Shown here: positions 1-11,989 of the stretch, in pieces
Numbering within the stretch: the first letter of the stretch is position 1
Layout: each line of letters opens with the position of its first letter
Program-made: the position numbers and the translations under genes
Assembly: GCA_964016885.1 (NCBI GenBank)
Contig: OZ024740.1
Location: 249,550,001 to 249,614,000 of the forward strand
Length of the DNA: 64,000 nt
Reading direction: 5' to 3'
Origin: Eledone cirrhosa
Taxonomy: Eukaryota
The notes under the pieces: model-generated
What the model was told of the DNA's origin: nothing
Database searches by the model: none
The model's input: the letters and a program-made list of their open reading frames with translations, nothing else

Positions 1-52
1 CATCTATATCACTAAATTTGTCCAAATTCTTCATTATTTTCAAAGTAAATTA

Positions 53-252
53 TGAAACCATTATTAATCTGGTGGATTGGCAATTGGTAGAGGGTCAGAC
101 ACCATACTTTGACGCATAGAGTTACGGCCCTTGCCATTCTGAGTTAAAATCCCACCAAGGTTAACTTTGCCTTTCATCCTTACGAGGTTGATAAAATAAA
201 GTATCAGTAACGCACTGGGTAATTTGCTGGCCTTGTGCCAAAAGTTGAAACA
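53..252 (+). mobile_element. tRNA-derived SINE with Nin/Deu-like core, flanked by a 20-bp target-site duplication
   Basis: B-box-like GAGTTAAAATCCC followed by core AACTTTGCCTTTCATCCTTACGAGGTTGATAAAATAAAGTATCAG; direct repeat ATTATTTTCAAAGTAAATTA at 33-52 and 253-272. Related copies at about 365-490(+), 770-850(-), 6415-6570(-), 7090-7390(-), 11750-11810(+), 26750-26840(-), 33170-33300(-). Confidence 0.8.
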
Positions 253-987
253 ATTATTTTCAAAGTAAATTAAAATAACCTATGCATATTTCATTAGAAA
301 TATGGTAACAAAAAGATTAAAACCACATTTTAGTTTAAGAGTACAAATCTAGTGGCATTTGTTCTAGCTTTTTATGTTCTGAGTTCAAATCTCACCAAGA
401 TGAACTTCGCTTTTCATTCTTCTGGTGACTGTAGGGTTATTATATTATCAAATATCCCCACTAATTTCTGGCTTTGTACCAAAATTAGAATCCATTAACA
501 TACTCCTTCTTAATTGGGAAATAAGCCTTTGATGTTTTGATGGCAACCCCACAAGTCATTAGTAGATCTTTTTTTTGCCCTACCCCATGTAAAATGCATT
601 TTTCTCAGCTTGCTTTCGACTCTTAATGCTCTTTGATTTTCATGTGGTGTCCATCTAACTTATAGTAAACCATTGATTTAAACTATTCCTACATACAGAA
701 ATAGAGAGAAAGTGACGTCCAATGGGCCAGTGAGATTAAAACTTAGAATACACTGGAGCAATTATCACTTTGCCCTGGATTGGTATTTTATTCTATAACC
801 CCATGAGGACAAAAGGCAAACTTGACCAGTGGGATTTGAACTCAGAATGCAGCAAAACATTTTGTCTAATGCTTTAACTGCCCAGATTTGCATGTTGTCT
901 GATGCTCTATCGCCCTATAAATGATGTTATACATTATCAACACCAATCTGAGGCAAAAAAAAAAAAAAAAGAACTGAGCAGACTCAC

Positions 988-1035
988 TGATATAGTTGAT
1001 CGTTTGGTCACCTCAGTTGGACAATGTCTTTCTGT
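988..1035 (-). other. candidate 48-nt exon (reads TERHCPTEVTKRSTIS in phase 0)
   Basis: Minus strand: ccaatttcAG|ACAGAA...ATATCA|GTGAGTc; canonical acceptor and strong donor; open frame. No homology recognised. Confidence 0.45.
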
Positions 1036-1299
1036 CTGAAATTGGTGCTTATAATGTCCAATATCATTCCTTTGTTTTAGTTTATGTAGCTCCCTATCAA
1101 GGACTATGACTATTCCTATGAATTTTCCATGCGGTTTTTAAAGAGTTGTGTATGCAAGAAGCTCACAGGCACCCAAGTTTCCAGACAACAGGTTTAGAAC
1201 TATTAATCTAGATGTTTAGAATAAGCACTTAATTATTTTGAAATGATATCTGTGCTATAGATGAATCACTTAAACCATAGGGATATTGATCATACTCAC

Positions 1300-1322
1300 C
1301 AAAACTAAAATAGGGATCCCAG
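1300..1322 (-). other. candidate 23-nt micro-exon (xGIPILVL)
   Basis: Minus strand: tttctattcatttAG|CTGGGATCCCTATTTTAGTTTTG|GTGAGTatg; pyrimidine-rich acceptor and consensus donor. Confidence 0.45.
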
Positions 1323-1359
1323 CTAAATGAATAGAAATTTAGTAAACATATTTTTTTTA

Positions 1360-1590
1360 TTAGTTTCAGTTCATTAGGCTGCAACAATGCAGGGGCACGG
1401 CCTTTACTTGGTCAATTATATTGACCCCAGTACTTATTTTTCTAAGTCTGTTATTTTATTAATATATTTTTTTTTTGTCAAACTGCTACCTAATTCCACT
1501 CACAAGTCAACCTCAGGCTATAGTAGAAAATAATTGCCCAAGATAGCATACAGTGGGACTCAAACAGAACCAGTATTTAGCATGGTTATG
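1360..1590 (-). mobile_element. degenerate SINE, second family (related copies ~29770-30040 and ~31590-31760)
   Basis: Shared blocks such as TTTCAGTTCATT..GCTGC..T..GGGGC and ATTGACCCCAGTACTTATTT recur in degenerate form at the other loci. Confidence 0.5.
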
Positions 1591-1839
1591 GAACATGAAT
1601 AAGATATATATGTTCATTTGTGAAGATGTGTGGCCTTGAGGTTAGTTAGGCTGTTGTTCACATGATCATAGAGCTGATTACTGGCTCTGGGAGTGAGTTG
1701 TGTTCTTAAACAAGATGCATTATTTCATGTTGCTTTTCATGACATGACCATTAAAACACCCAGGAAACTTTATAAGTGTGAGCCATTAATTCCATTTTTC
1801 TTTTCAAATATATATATATAAACCTAGAATATACTTGAT

Positions 1840-4410
1840 ATCATCATCACCATCGTTTAATGTCCATTTTCCACACTAGCATGGCTAGGAAGGGCTGTCC
1901 ATTTGTGAGCGATCTGATCAAAGGACCGTGTTTCGCTCACACAGAACTGATTATGACTCGGTTTCTACAGCTGGAGGCCCTTCCTAATGCCAACCATATT
2001 TACAGTGTGTGCTGGGTGCTTTTTGTTGTGACACCTACATGACCACTTTATAGTAGGTATAGGGGTGGGATGATTACAGTAAGGGAGGTGTTGAATACTA
2101 GACATATATCCCAGCTCAAGCATATGGGAGGGCGGGTCTTCTGTAATACTGCATAGTGCCAGAGGTCACGGTCCTGTGTCATAGCCTTAGCAGGGTATAA
2201 TTATGCAAAGTAAGTTTTTATCACCTCATCCCAAATCTTCCTAGGTCTGCCCACTCCATGGCTACTGTCAACTTTGAGCGCTCTGTACCTTTTTATACAG
2301 CTGTCGTTCTTCATACACATCACATGTCCATACCAACACAATCCCCTCTCCTGCACACTGCATCTGATCCCTCTTATGCCTAATTTCTCTCACAGTTCGT
2401 TTATGTTTTGCTGTTAGCGTATATTACTATTGCACATCCATCTAAGCACGGAGGCTTCATATCTTTCCAATCATCGCAGGTCCTCTGCAAGTTTCACTGC
2501 TGTGCAACTTTGTTGTTCGTATACATGAATCATAGTCTGCCTTTCATTTTGACGGGAAAACCTTTTGTAGTTAGCAGCGGTAGTAGCTCCCTGAACTTTC
2601 TCCAGCCTGATCTCACTCTGGTTACTGCACTTTTGGAACACCCTCCTCCACTGCAAATTTGGTTACCCAGGTAACAGAAACTATCTACCATTTCTACAGA
2701 GCCCTCTGGGCATTTGGAGGAGTTTGTATCATTTGCTACTTACTGCCTCTGTGCACCAGCTACATGTAAAACCTACATTCTTTGTTAGCTTGTCTGAGAT
2801 CCCACATCTCTTGTGTACCCATAGTATGCATTTGGGACATAGGATGGAATTTCTACCTACTCCTTTTCTGCATACCGAGCAGGGTCATTTCTCTGAGGAG
2901 ATTAAAGTTGACTTTAAGACCTTTTGATTCTTGGCCATGCTTCCAGGTTTAGAATCTCATTTCTAATTCAGCTATAAGGGTTAGGTCATCTGCATGGGTT
3001 ACAATGGGCAGCCAGTTTTAAACTCCTCCATTATTGCCTGCTGGACGATCATATACAGGAGGGGCTAAGAGCTGAGCCCTGGTGGACACCAACCTGTACG
3101 CTAAAATCTTCACTATAGTCATTATTAATTCTGACCTTGCTGACTGTTCCTCTATATATGGCTTGTACTGCCCTCACAAGCCACTCATCTACTCCTAGTT
3201 TTCTAAGAGCCCACCAGATAATGGGACAGGTCTACAAAAGCCAAGTAGAGGGGTTTACTTTTAGCTAGGTACTTCTGCAGTTGTCTTACAAGGAAGAGGG
3301 TATGTGGCACTTTTACCTGGTACAAACTCAAACTGCATCTCCACTATGTTAACACGTTCTCTAATCAGCTGAGCTATGACTCTTTCAGTGACCTGCATAA
3401 CCTGGTCAACCAACTTCATACCTCTATTGTTTTCTTTATCTAGAACATGACTTTTGACCTTGTAGCAGTTTACGATGCTGCTGCTACACCAGTCATTGGA
3501 TATGACACCATGCATTCTCCTCATTATCTTTCATAGTGGCATTTCCATGCTACCTTCTTTTCAGCATCAGTAAGGGCAAGTTCACCAAAATCATTTCAAA
3601 CACACTTCTCCCCATTGACATCACGATTTTCCCTGACTTACTGTCTTGCAATCCTGAACATCTCATGTTGCAATAAATTTTTTGTCTTCTGTTTCCCTTC
3701 TTGCAACGTATACTTGTCGCTTAGCTACTCTCCTAGCCTTGTGTACTACCTCCATTTCGCCAATCCTTTCAAGCCTGTCTTTTGGCTTTGTCTCGTCAAC
3801 TTTACTATTCCACCAAGTTACTCTCCATCTCCAACCACAGATTTCATCTGTCACCTTCAGGTTTTTTTTCAGGAACTCCCACTGTTCCTCCATATTGTAT
3901 GTCTCTATTTGCTCTTCCTTATTGTTGAAGGCGTCATTCAATATACTTCTAAATTTATTACTGGTTGATGGGTCTTTTTAATTTCCATACTCTTCTCCTC
4001 TAGGTTGTCTTCTGTTGCCGGGTTCTAGTCCTGATGATAAGGTCTCTAACTCCTAAGTTATGTTGGGAGGTGCATTCTTCACTGGGGAGGGACTTGTGTT
4101 CACAACAGTCACTCTGTTTTGTCTTCAGGTAAGAGTGAAATCTATTTGGCTGGCGTGCTCACTTGATCTGTAAGTGATTAAGTGGTTGTCTCGTTTTTTG
4201 AAGTTCATATTACAGATAAATAGGTTGTTTGCATTGCAGAATTCCAGGAATCTGAAATCTTCCTCGTTTCTAGTACTGAACCTGTAACCCCCATTGAAGC
4301 GCTCGCAGTGTCACCCAACATGCCCGTTAAAGTCACCTGCAATGAATATGAGGTCGCTGTCATTTATTTAGGAGATAGTGTGTATTAGGGACTCATAAAA
4401 CCTGTTTTTT
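1840..4410 (-). mobile_element. RTE-clade LINE, decayed, 5' truncated in the endonuclease domain
   Basis: Minus-strand remnants: IFIAGDFNGHVG (APE), RVTWWNSKV, MQFEFVPGKS (RT), then a 3' UTR ending in GACATTAAACGATGGTGATGATG; many stops and frameshifts. Confidence 0.9.
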
Positions 4411-4629
4411 AGTATGTGTGGCAGAGTAAATGCAATTCAGTAAACCCTACATATACTATATAGATATTAAAAGATAAAATTTACCTTCAAGTTTGTGAAT
4501 AAATCTAATTCACTCATAAAACCTGTTTTTTAGTATGTGTGGCAGAGTAAATGCAATTCAGTAAACCCTACATATACTATATAGATATTAAAAGATAAAA
4601 TTTACCTTCAAGTTTGTGAATAAATCTAA
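4391..4629. repeat. tandem duplication, 121-bp period, spanning the LINE 5' junction
   Basis: ACTCATAAAACCTGTTTTTTAGTATGTGTGG...GTGAATAAATCTAA at 4391-4508 and 4512-4629, identical by eye. Confidence 0.95.
4606..4625 (-). other. candidate 20-nt micro-exon (duplicated at 4485-4504)
   Basis: Minus strand: cattttatttAG|ATTTATTCACAAACTTGAAG|GTAAAT; phase-compatible with the 1300-1322 candidate. Confidence 0.3.
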
Positions 4630-5762
4630 ATAAAATGCTTTACCAGAAAATGTGATGTACTTGATCACATTAAACGATTTTGGGGAAAATTATGATAAAT
4701 TGTTCATTTTGCAACATAAAATATAAAATTTGGAGATTAACTAGTAAGGCGAGCAATCAAGCATCAGCGGGAGCATATTTAATTGTAATTATGGTGTACA
4801 TGTCCCTAGTTAGAGTATTTTTGTTTCAGATAACAAATCCTACTTGAGTCAGTATGGTATCCAATTTTATAGATATAAATATCCAAACTTTTTAAAAGAA
4901 CAACAATAATAAACCTCACCCAAGTACTTATGTTAGAAAAGCACAGTCAACCTTTTTCGAGCTGTGGGATGCACAGGATGTGGCTCATCATAGGGTGAGC
5001 TGCACTACTAAAAAATTCAAAGCAGTTTGCCCATGACTGCTAGAATTTAAAAAAAATCCCTTCTCCTTTCATATTGACCTTTGTTCTGTTTTATAAGTCA
5101 ATTTTCATTTTTTTTTTAACCAGTACATAAATACATACTTTAAAGAAGACACTAAAAGATGAGCGAAGTCGAAAGAACACGGCAAAGGGGTGAACTCTGA
5201 AACGTAAGACAACAAATCAAATGCAGTGTAGGTATTTATTTAGCTTGGCTCCTTTACCTTTCGCATTGTTGATTAAAAAGAAGTTCCAGCATAGCCACAG
5301 CCGAATGGCTGAAACCAATGAAAGAATATTAAAAAATTACGTCTAAAATGACTCCAAAGTTGCAAATGGTGGACGAATTTTTTCAACGTATATTAAAACA
5401 ACATGACAAAAGTACAGAATATCATTATAACATATCACATTAGTATAACTGCAAACACACTGAATTATATTCTGTTATTATTAAGATGAACAGAGCAGTG
5501 TCGTGGATTCTGTGAGATAAGGTGTCCTTTAAAAAAATTATAGTATCCTTTTTTTTATATGAATAAATTCTCTCTAAAACAATATTTGTTTCATTTAATG
5601 ACTGGTGAGAGACCGTCCATAAAATATAGGTATGAGTTCCGCGACAAAATAAGTTGGAAATCACGGTTATAGATTACATTTAAGTTGTATTAGCGAACGT
5701 AAATGGAGCGATTCCAATTGAGAATCGAAACTGAAAACGGGAAATTTGGCTGAAGATCTTAC

Positions 5763-6060
5763 GACCAAATTCACTGCGTTTACATTTGCAATATGTGCAT
5801 TTTATATACATATGTACACGTGGGAGAGGGGGGGGGGGCAAAGGTAAAGTGAAAATAGACCAGTAGTATGTATGGAGAAAGAACAGTAAAATTAGAGATA
5901 ATTGTAGCTGCTGTATATGCAGCAGGGACAATTTGTACAAGTTCTATCGGAAACAGGAGGTTTCGCGTGTGCGCGTGTTTAGGCGAGGGAAAGCAAGCAG
6001 CACATTTAAAAAGCATCTCTAAAATTTAGTTTATCAGTCGGTTGCCATAAGAAACAGCTG
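5763..6060 (-). promoter_or_regulatory. candidate promoter/first exon of a leftward gene, with an RFX X-box-like site
   Basis: CpG-containing unique sequence; GTTGCCATAAGAAAC at 6041-6055 resembles the X-box; minus-strand donor GGTC|GTAAGA at 5763/5762. Confidence 0.35.
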
Positions 6061-9000
6061 GACGCTGCCAACGAAAAGATTTGGGTTTCCAGCCACACAG
6101 GGGAAGGAAGGGATAGGAGATATCGGGAACTGAAATGGAAAGCAGAGAGAGTGAGGTAAGGGATTTTGTGTTAGAGGTGCTGAAAGCAAAGAAGACAATA
6201 AAATAATCACTAAGTTAGACTCGACAACAAAAAGAGAAAGTTTACAGGACAACACGAAGGTTTACAATACCAACTGCAACGACTTCAAGCACATTACATA
6301 CGCATCAATGAGGGTGCCTCTATGTGGTCGCTCGAATTGCTACAAAAATAGCAGCCAAATCTTCTTCAAATCACACCTTTAAAAAGGAAGGTCACATAGT
6401 TCTATTATTTGTTTCTAACAAATGTCTAAAATTGGAGGAGGAGGAGGGGTTAGTCGGTTACATCGATCTCGGTACTAGATAGGTATAATTTATTTTATCG
6501 ATCCAAGAAGGATGAAATGTAAAGTTGACCACGGCAAGATTTGTACATAAAGAACCAGTACAGATATCACAAGGCATTGTTCTCTTCATATGGGAAATTA
6601 AGATGATCATGACTGGAATATATTTTTAATCATAGATCTGAAGTTAAACAATAACAAGTACGTTGCAGGGGTCGGAAAATGAGAAAGAAAACATTTATGC
6701 AATGTAGAGAACGATGCACACATTCACTCACACATAAATCCCTTTCAACACTTTGTCTATTATTTCTTTTGCAGAAACCAAATACATTGCAATTAAACAC
6801 GCACGTACACACACAGTCCTCCGAGCAAGACAATTAAACAGCTAACTAGCTAAACTAAGACCGGACATACTTCCTAGTTTTCTGTCGGATCCCTAATCTG
6901 GCTACGTCTAGAATGGCATTCTGATGGCTTTAATAACAACTTGAAACCGAAAACTACATAACAATCTAATCAGGTATGTGTAATGAGGTTGCATATCTTT
7001 AATGAGATTTAATCAAGTTTATCCTCCGTATGTATATTTACGAGTAACATTTACTGAAATTTCGTTTTTAATACAGAAACTGAGATGGATGGGGGCAGAG
7101 TCGACTATATCAACCTCAATAATTGCCTTTTCAGGGGTCAATGAATTATAATTCATTGACCCCTGAAAAGGCAAAGTTGAGCCCGATGGACATTTGAAAT
7201 CAAATAATACAAGGCTCTAACATTCCACCGCCGGTTTCATAATAACAATGGTTTATAATTTAAGCATAAGGCTAGCAATTTTGGGAGGAGGGAAATCGAT
7301 CATATCCATCCAATTCTCGACTGGTACTTTATCAACCGTGGAAGAATGAAAGGAAAAATTAACCTCGACAGGATTTGATCTAGGAACATAAAGGGTCGTA
7401 ATAATAATGGTGGTGGCGGTGACTGCAACACAAAAATAATTATTTAGCATTACTGATGACTAAAGCAAGGAGGAGGAAAAAGCTGTGAAAAACATTAAAA
7501 GAAACAGCTGGGGATTAAAACATGGACTTTGATAGCATAATAATGACAAGAGAATCATTAATAACAAAATAGCAAATGGATTAACACTGCAAATGTTGAT
7601 GATATATATACACACATAAAATGAAGCAATTAGTAAAAGTAAAATTGTAAAGTTTGGAATAATAGATGCGTGATTATATGAAACACCTCACTTTTCACAT
7701 GAAAATATCCTTATAGTATTTCATATACATAAAATATTTATATAGCAACATTTTTTAAGAATGTGTGTATATAGACATACAGTTTGTAGTATATATATAT
7801 ATATATATATATGTGTGTATGTGCAAAGCGCGAACAAGTTCGAACCTGCCCGAAAGGTACTCATTATAGCTAGAGCAAGCAAACACTATCGACGTATTCA
7901 TCACCCCACCCATCTCTCTCAGGAGTTATATGCCTGTCTCTTTCTCGCCCTCGTCGTCTCTTAACACCTTGTCTTTTAGACAAACATTAAATATCCCTTT
8001 GACCACTCATTAATCAACAATCAAAATGTCGACTAGTGATGGTGGGGTGTTTGGGGGCGAAGGGATGAGGATAGGGAGAGAAGAAAGAGGACAACTTGAA
8101 GGAACCAATGCAACATTAAAAAAAAAAACACTCACTGCCTTATAGATAAATAAAGTAAACACAAGCATACTGGCAGTAAATAGTCAAGTGTAGCGGTTGT
8201 AGCAACCGTAAGAAGGTAGTAGTTGTTATTGTGTAGCCCCAGGTCTGCAAGCAAACCTACCAAACGCCTTCCAGTCGTGATAATGCCATGTATTTTTTTC
8301 AGATATTGAAAATATATCTAGGATTACACCATCAAATAGGTTATTCCTCTCTTTTTAAAGCCTTTAGGGGGAATTTAGCACTTATTTGTAGCAGGTCGCG
8401 CGACCGCGTATAAGCTCTCGTTGGGCTCGACCGTAATGACACTGGCGATAGTAGTTGTAGCAACAGCAATAGTAGTTACAGGCCTAATTTATAGTAAGCT
8501 GTCATGATTATGATTTGTGACACACACACACACATAGTGACTGGCTCTCCGTGAATGGAATAATTGCTGGTCGCCATCAACTGGCGACGAGATTAGCGAA
8601 GGGGACTAGCATCCGCATATGGTGTGAGAGAGCGGGAGAGCAGGCAAGCGTGACCCTCTATGTAAGTGCATGTGTAATGCAACAACAGTGCGGTCGTAGT
8701 GTACCTTCAACAACAATTGTTGCTGATAATCACATCAAACGCTGGCCAGCCTGTACGTATGTATAGAGGGGTTTGGGCCAATCACGACTAGGGAGGAAAT
8801 CGTAGCTATCAAGCTACTATAAACATCCACAGAAAGAAAAAAATAATCTTTGTAAAGATCTCTGGCCAGTCTAATTGAAATAATAAAATCCTATTCTCTC
8901 AGCAAAAAGCAACTACATTATAAACAAAGGAGATACTTTTTTTAAAAGAAAAAGAAATATCACAGATGGAAAAGTGTAAATCTTTGTAAAAGAATAAATA

Positions 9001-9299
9001 GGACACCTGTGTGTGTAAGCAATGTGTGTGCGCACGTGTTTGCATATGTACATTTATATGTTAAATATTGAAAGCAGTTAAAAAGAGAAACTAGGGAATA
9101 TAAGTGATTTTTTTAACATAAGGTAGGTGTGAAATTTTAGAATTACAAGTGAAATAGAAATGGGAATTGGTGATGTTCAAGCGTCTTCCAAGTGGTCATT
9201 GGGGCGGTTGCAAATGACTATGGGGAGAACAAGGTGTACAGTGTTATATTTATATCGTTTGTTGTTTTGGACAGGTCTAACAAGAGCGAATGTTGTGTT

Positions 9300-11300
9300 G
9301 AGGAGAATCTGCCGCAAACATATTGGTTACTATGGCACATGGCAGCAGCGACTAACACACGCTAGATAGAAACAGAGAGATGAGAGAGAAAGAGAGTGAG
9401 AGAGAAACTGACCCATTTCTTCATATCCAATAAGACATATAACAAACAGCAAAGGTCTGTGAAGAACATTGGCTTGTGTGTTGACTACCAATCGTAATTC
9501 GTCGCACGAGAAAGTCCGTTGTCAACACTGGCAACAACAAGGAAATTCTGGACAGTTCGTACGGTATCAAACAACAATTGTGTATGTATGTATGTAACTT
9601 GGTATAAATCGCCATTTTACGAAACAAGATGATTGTTTTCGACATACAAGATGGAACGTCTAAAAGCAAGATCACTAGAGAAAATCGTGACCTATTCGGC
9701 AATCTAACTATGTTGCTAATGAGTTACTATGAGGTCAGCAGTGTATATACAGTGTTAGAAACATAAATGGGAAAAGGAAAATCACCTTTTGGTGTGTGTT
9801 GTTGGCGGGCTGCAGTCGTCAGTAGATACCGTGGCTATGGCGTTTATTCCTAGGGCAACAGTTGCCACACTCTCTCACTATACAATGTATCCTAGCACTG
9901 GTACTACTTCTTGCTTTCTGTGGACAGACGGTGGTTTAATGCTCCCCTTTACACAAGGATTACTGTAAGTATATTGAAAATATTATGATATACCGATCGA
10001 ATAAGGAGACTCTGCTGCAGTAGTTTAGGTATTTCTTTCGAGAAAATAAGTAAAAAATCTTGGAACTACATCTACATCGGATGTCGTTTACAAACCTAAC
10101 GACACATTTGCTTACAAGGTGATGCTAAGATGGCGGTGCCTATATTAGAATGAGAATAGCGTCTTGACAACTGAGGCATGCGTTAGCAACGTCATTTCCG
10201 ATCCGGTCTTGTTATTTACATAACCGGGCTTGCTGTTATTATTTAGTATGCACTTTACTATGAAGAAAAAAAGAAAAATAGCTCTCTTTCAAAGCTAACA
10301 ACAGATATATTCAGCTATACCGTTTTTGAAACAAAATATCTTAATCATTTAAAAGATAAGACTTAGATTTTATAACTAGAGAAAGAGAAAAAAATAAGCT
10401 CCAAAGATGGCGCCGTCGCCATTAAACTAAATAGCGTCTTGACAACTGAGGCATGTTCGGTTAGCGACCACCGAATTAAACTTTATTAAACTGTAACATA
10501 ATATAAATTTCCCTTGTTTTTTTTTTTTATTAAAAAACAAACTAACAAATAGTTTCATTCCGTTTTTGAATTCTATTTATATCTGTAATCCACGACAATT
10601 TAGTGATAATATGGCTTGTAATTACAAGTTGCGGAGAAGCTCTTGTAGGTTTGTGTACTGACGTTGTTAAGGAAACGCCTGCTGGAGCCATGTTTTGATG
10701 CTGGTAGGGGGAGTCCGTTTTGTTTCTTCTGTCGGGCCCCGGCTTAACTTACAGCTACGTTGTGCAACCTGAGATGAGTTAAATTGTTTATCATTATTAT
10801 TATTATCGTGTATTTAAGCACGAAGCCAATTATTTGGAGAAAAGGTAAAAATCGATTGACTCAGTTCATTATTATATTACTAGTGTTTTGTAATTAATCA
10901 ATTTCGGAGCGATTAATAACCAGTTGACCCAGCGAGAATCGAATGTAGAACACTGAAGTACTCATTTAACCGTCTCTGCCATTTTCACTACCTTTGTTCG
11001 TGTTATTTTTATAAAATATAGGTATACTCCTAGCGTGTTTCAATAACCGTTAGTGGTCTTTTCCTTTCATTTATATTATTTATACCTTTGAGGAAGGTAT
11101 AAACACTGCGCTATCTCAATTCCCTCTTCTTTATAATTCTGGAGTCCTCGCTGTGTAAGAAATCATTAACGCATACACACAGACACAGTGGCGGGTGCCG
11201 GAGTGGAAAAATAACTCCCTTCGGTTAGCCGACTTCACGTTAAGGTTTCGTTTCCCGTTAGATTCCATTTCACTTTAGTTGCACTGTTAATACACTTTGA
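9300..11300. promoter_or_regulatory. CpG-retaining promoter-like region with YY1- and RFX-like motifs
   Basis: YY1-like CGCCATTTT (9610), AAGATGGCGG (10127), AAGATGGCG (10404), GCCATGTTT (10687); RFX-like GTTACTATGGCAC (~9326), CCTAGGGCAAC (~9849), GTTAGCAAC (10182); plus-strand donor ACT|GTAAGT at 9964/9965; few repeats. Confidence 0.55.
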
Positions 11301-11989
11301 AAAGCGATGGACATCACAACTTCGATTTTATCCATCTTTATATATGTACGTAGGACCTTTGATTTATCTGAAAGAAACCATTTTAACACACACGCGTCTC
11401 TCGTAATATGATGGCATCTTTTTCATCACTTGTACTTTCTGGTTAAAGATCGATAATAACTGAACCATCTATAGCAATATATCTATCTAGTCAGTTCTAT
11501 ATCTTGTTGGTTTCGATATTATTTTTTGTATGTGTATGTTGAAAACAAATCAAATTAAAAAGATAATTAGATTCTGTTTTTGTTTTATCTATTTCTTTTT
11601 TATCGAGCATTAGTGGGTGAGAGTTCGAATCCCGCTAGGGTCGTCAAAATAAATGCCAGTAATAGACTAAGGTCGATTTGCTTACAATTATTAAGCCTTC
11701 TGTGTTAGGAAGAAAATTATTGTTATTTATTAGAATGTTTGATATTTGTTTATTTCGAGTCTTTGAGGTCAATTTATCTGTCTGGGGTCGATAAAATAAG
11801 TACTAGTAATATATTAACTGAACTTTGTTTATAATTCTTACAGAATGAAAATATAAACACATATAATACAATTAATACTTCATAGTTGCACAAACAACAT
11901 TACAAATCGTTTGCAATTCCTTCAGAATGAAAATATAAACAGAGCATATAAATAAATTTACAGTAGAATAACATAAATATGTTTTAAAT

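Noticed and set aside
1300-1322. GIPILVL resembles the strand before the NKxD motif of Arf/Arl GTPases
   Set aside because: The next candidate exon does not supply (G/A)NKxD and no other GTPase motif was found; seven residues is not evidence.
5680-5940. 86-aa ORF with CxxC pairs
   Set aside because: Low-complexity, spans a poly-G tract and a probable splice donor; no recognisable domain.
9629-9766. 45-codon plus-strand ORF MIVFDIQDGTSK... and a similar short minus-strand ORF from the ATG near 10692
   Set aside because: No homology recognised; the ATGs lie in or beside YY1-like motifs, and short ORFs are expected by chance.
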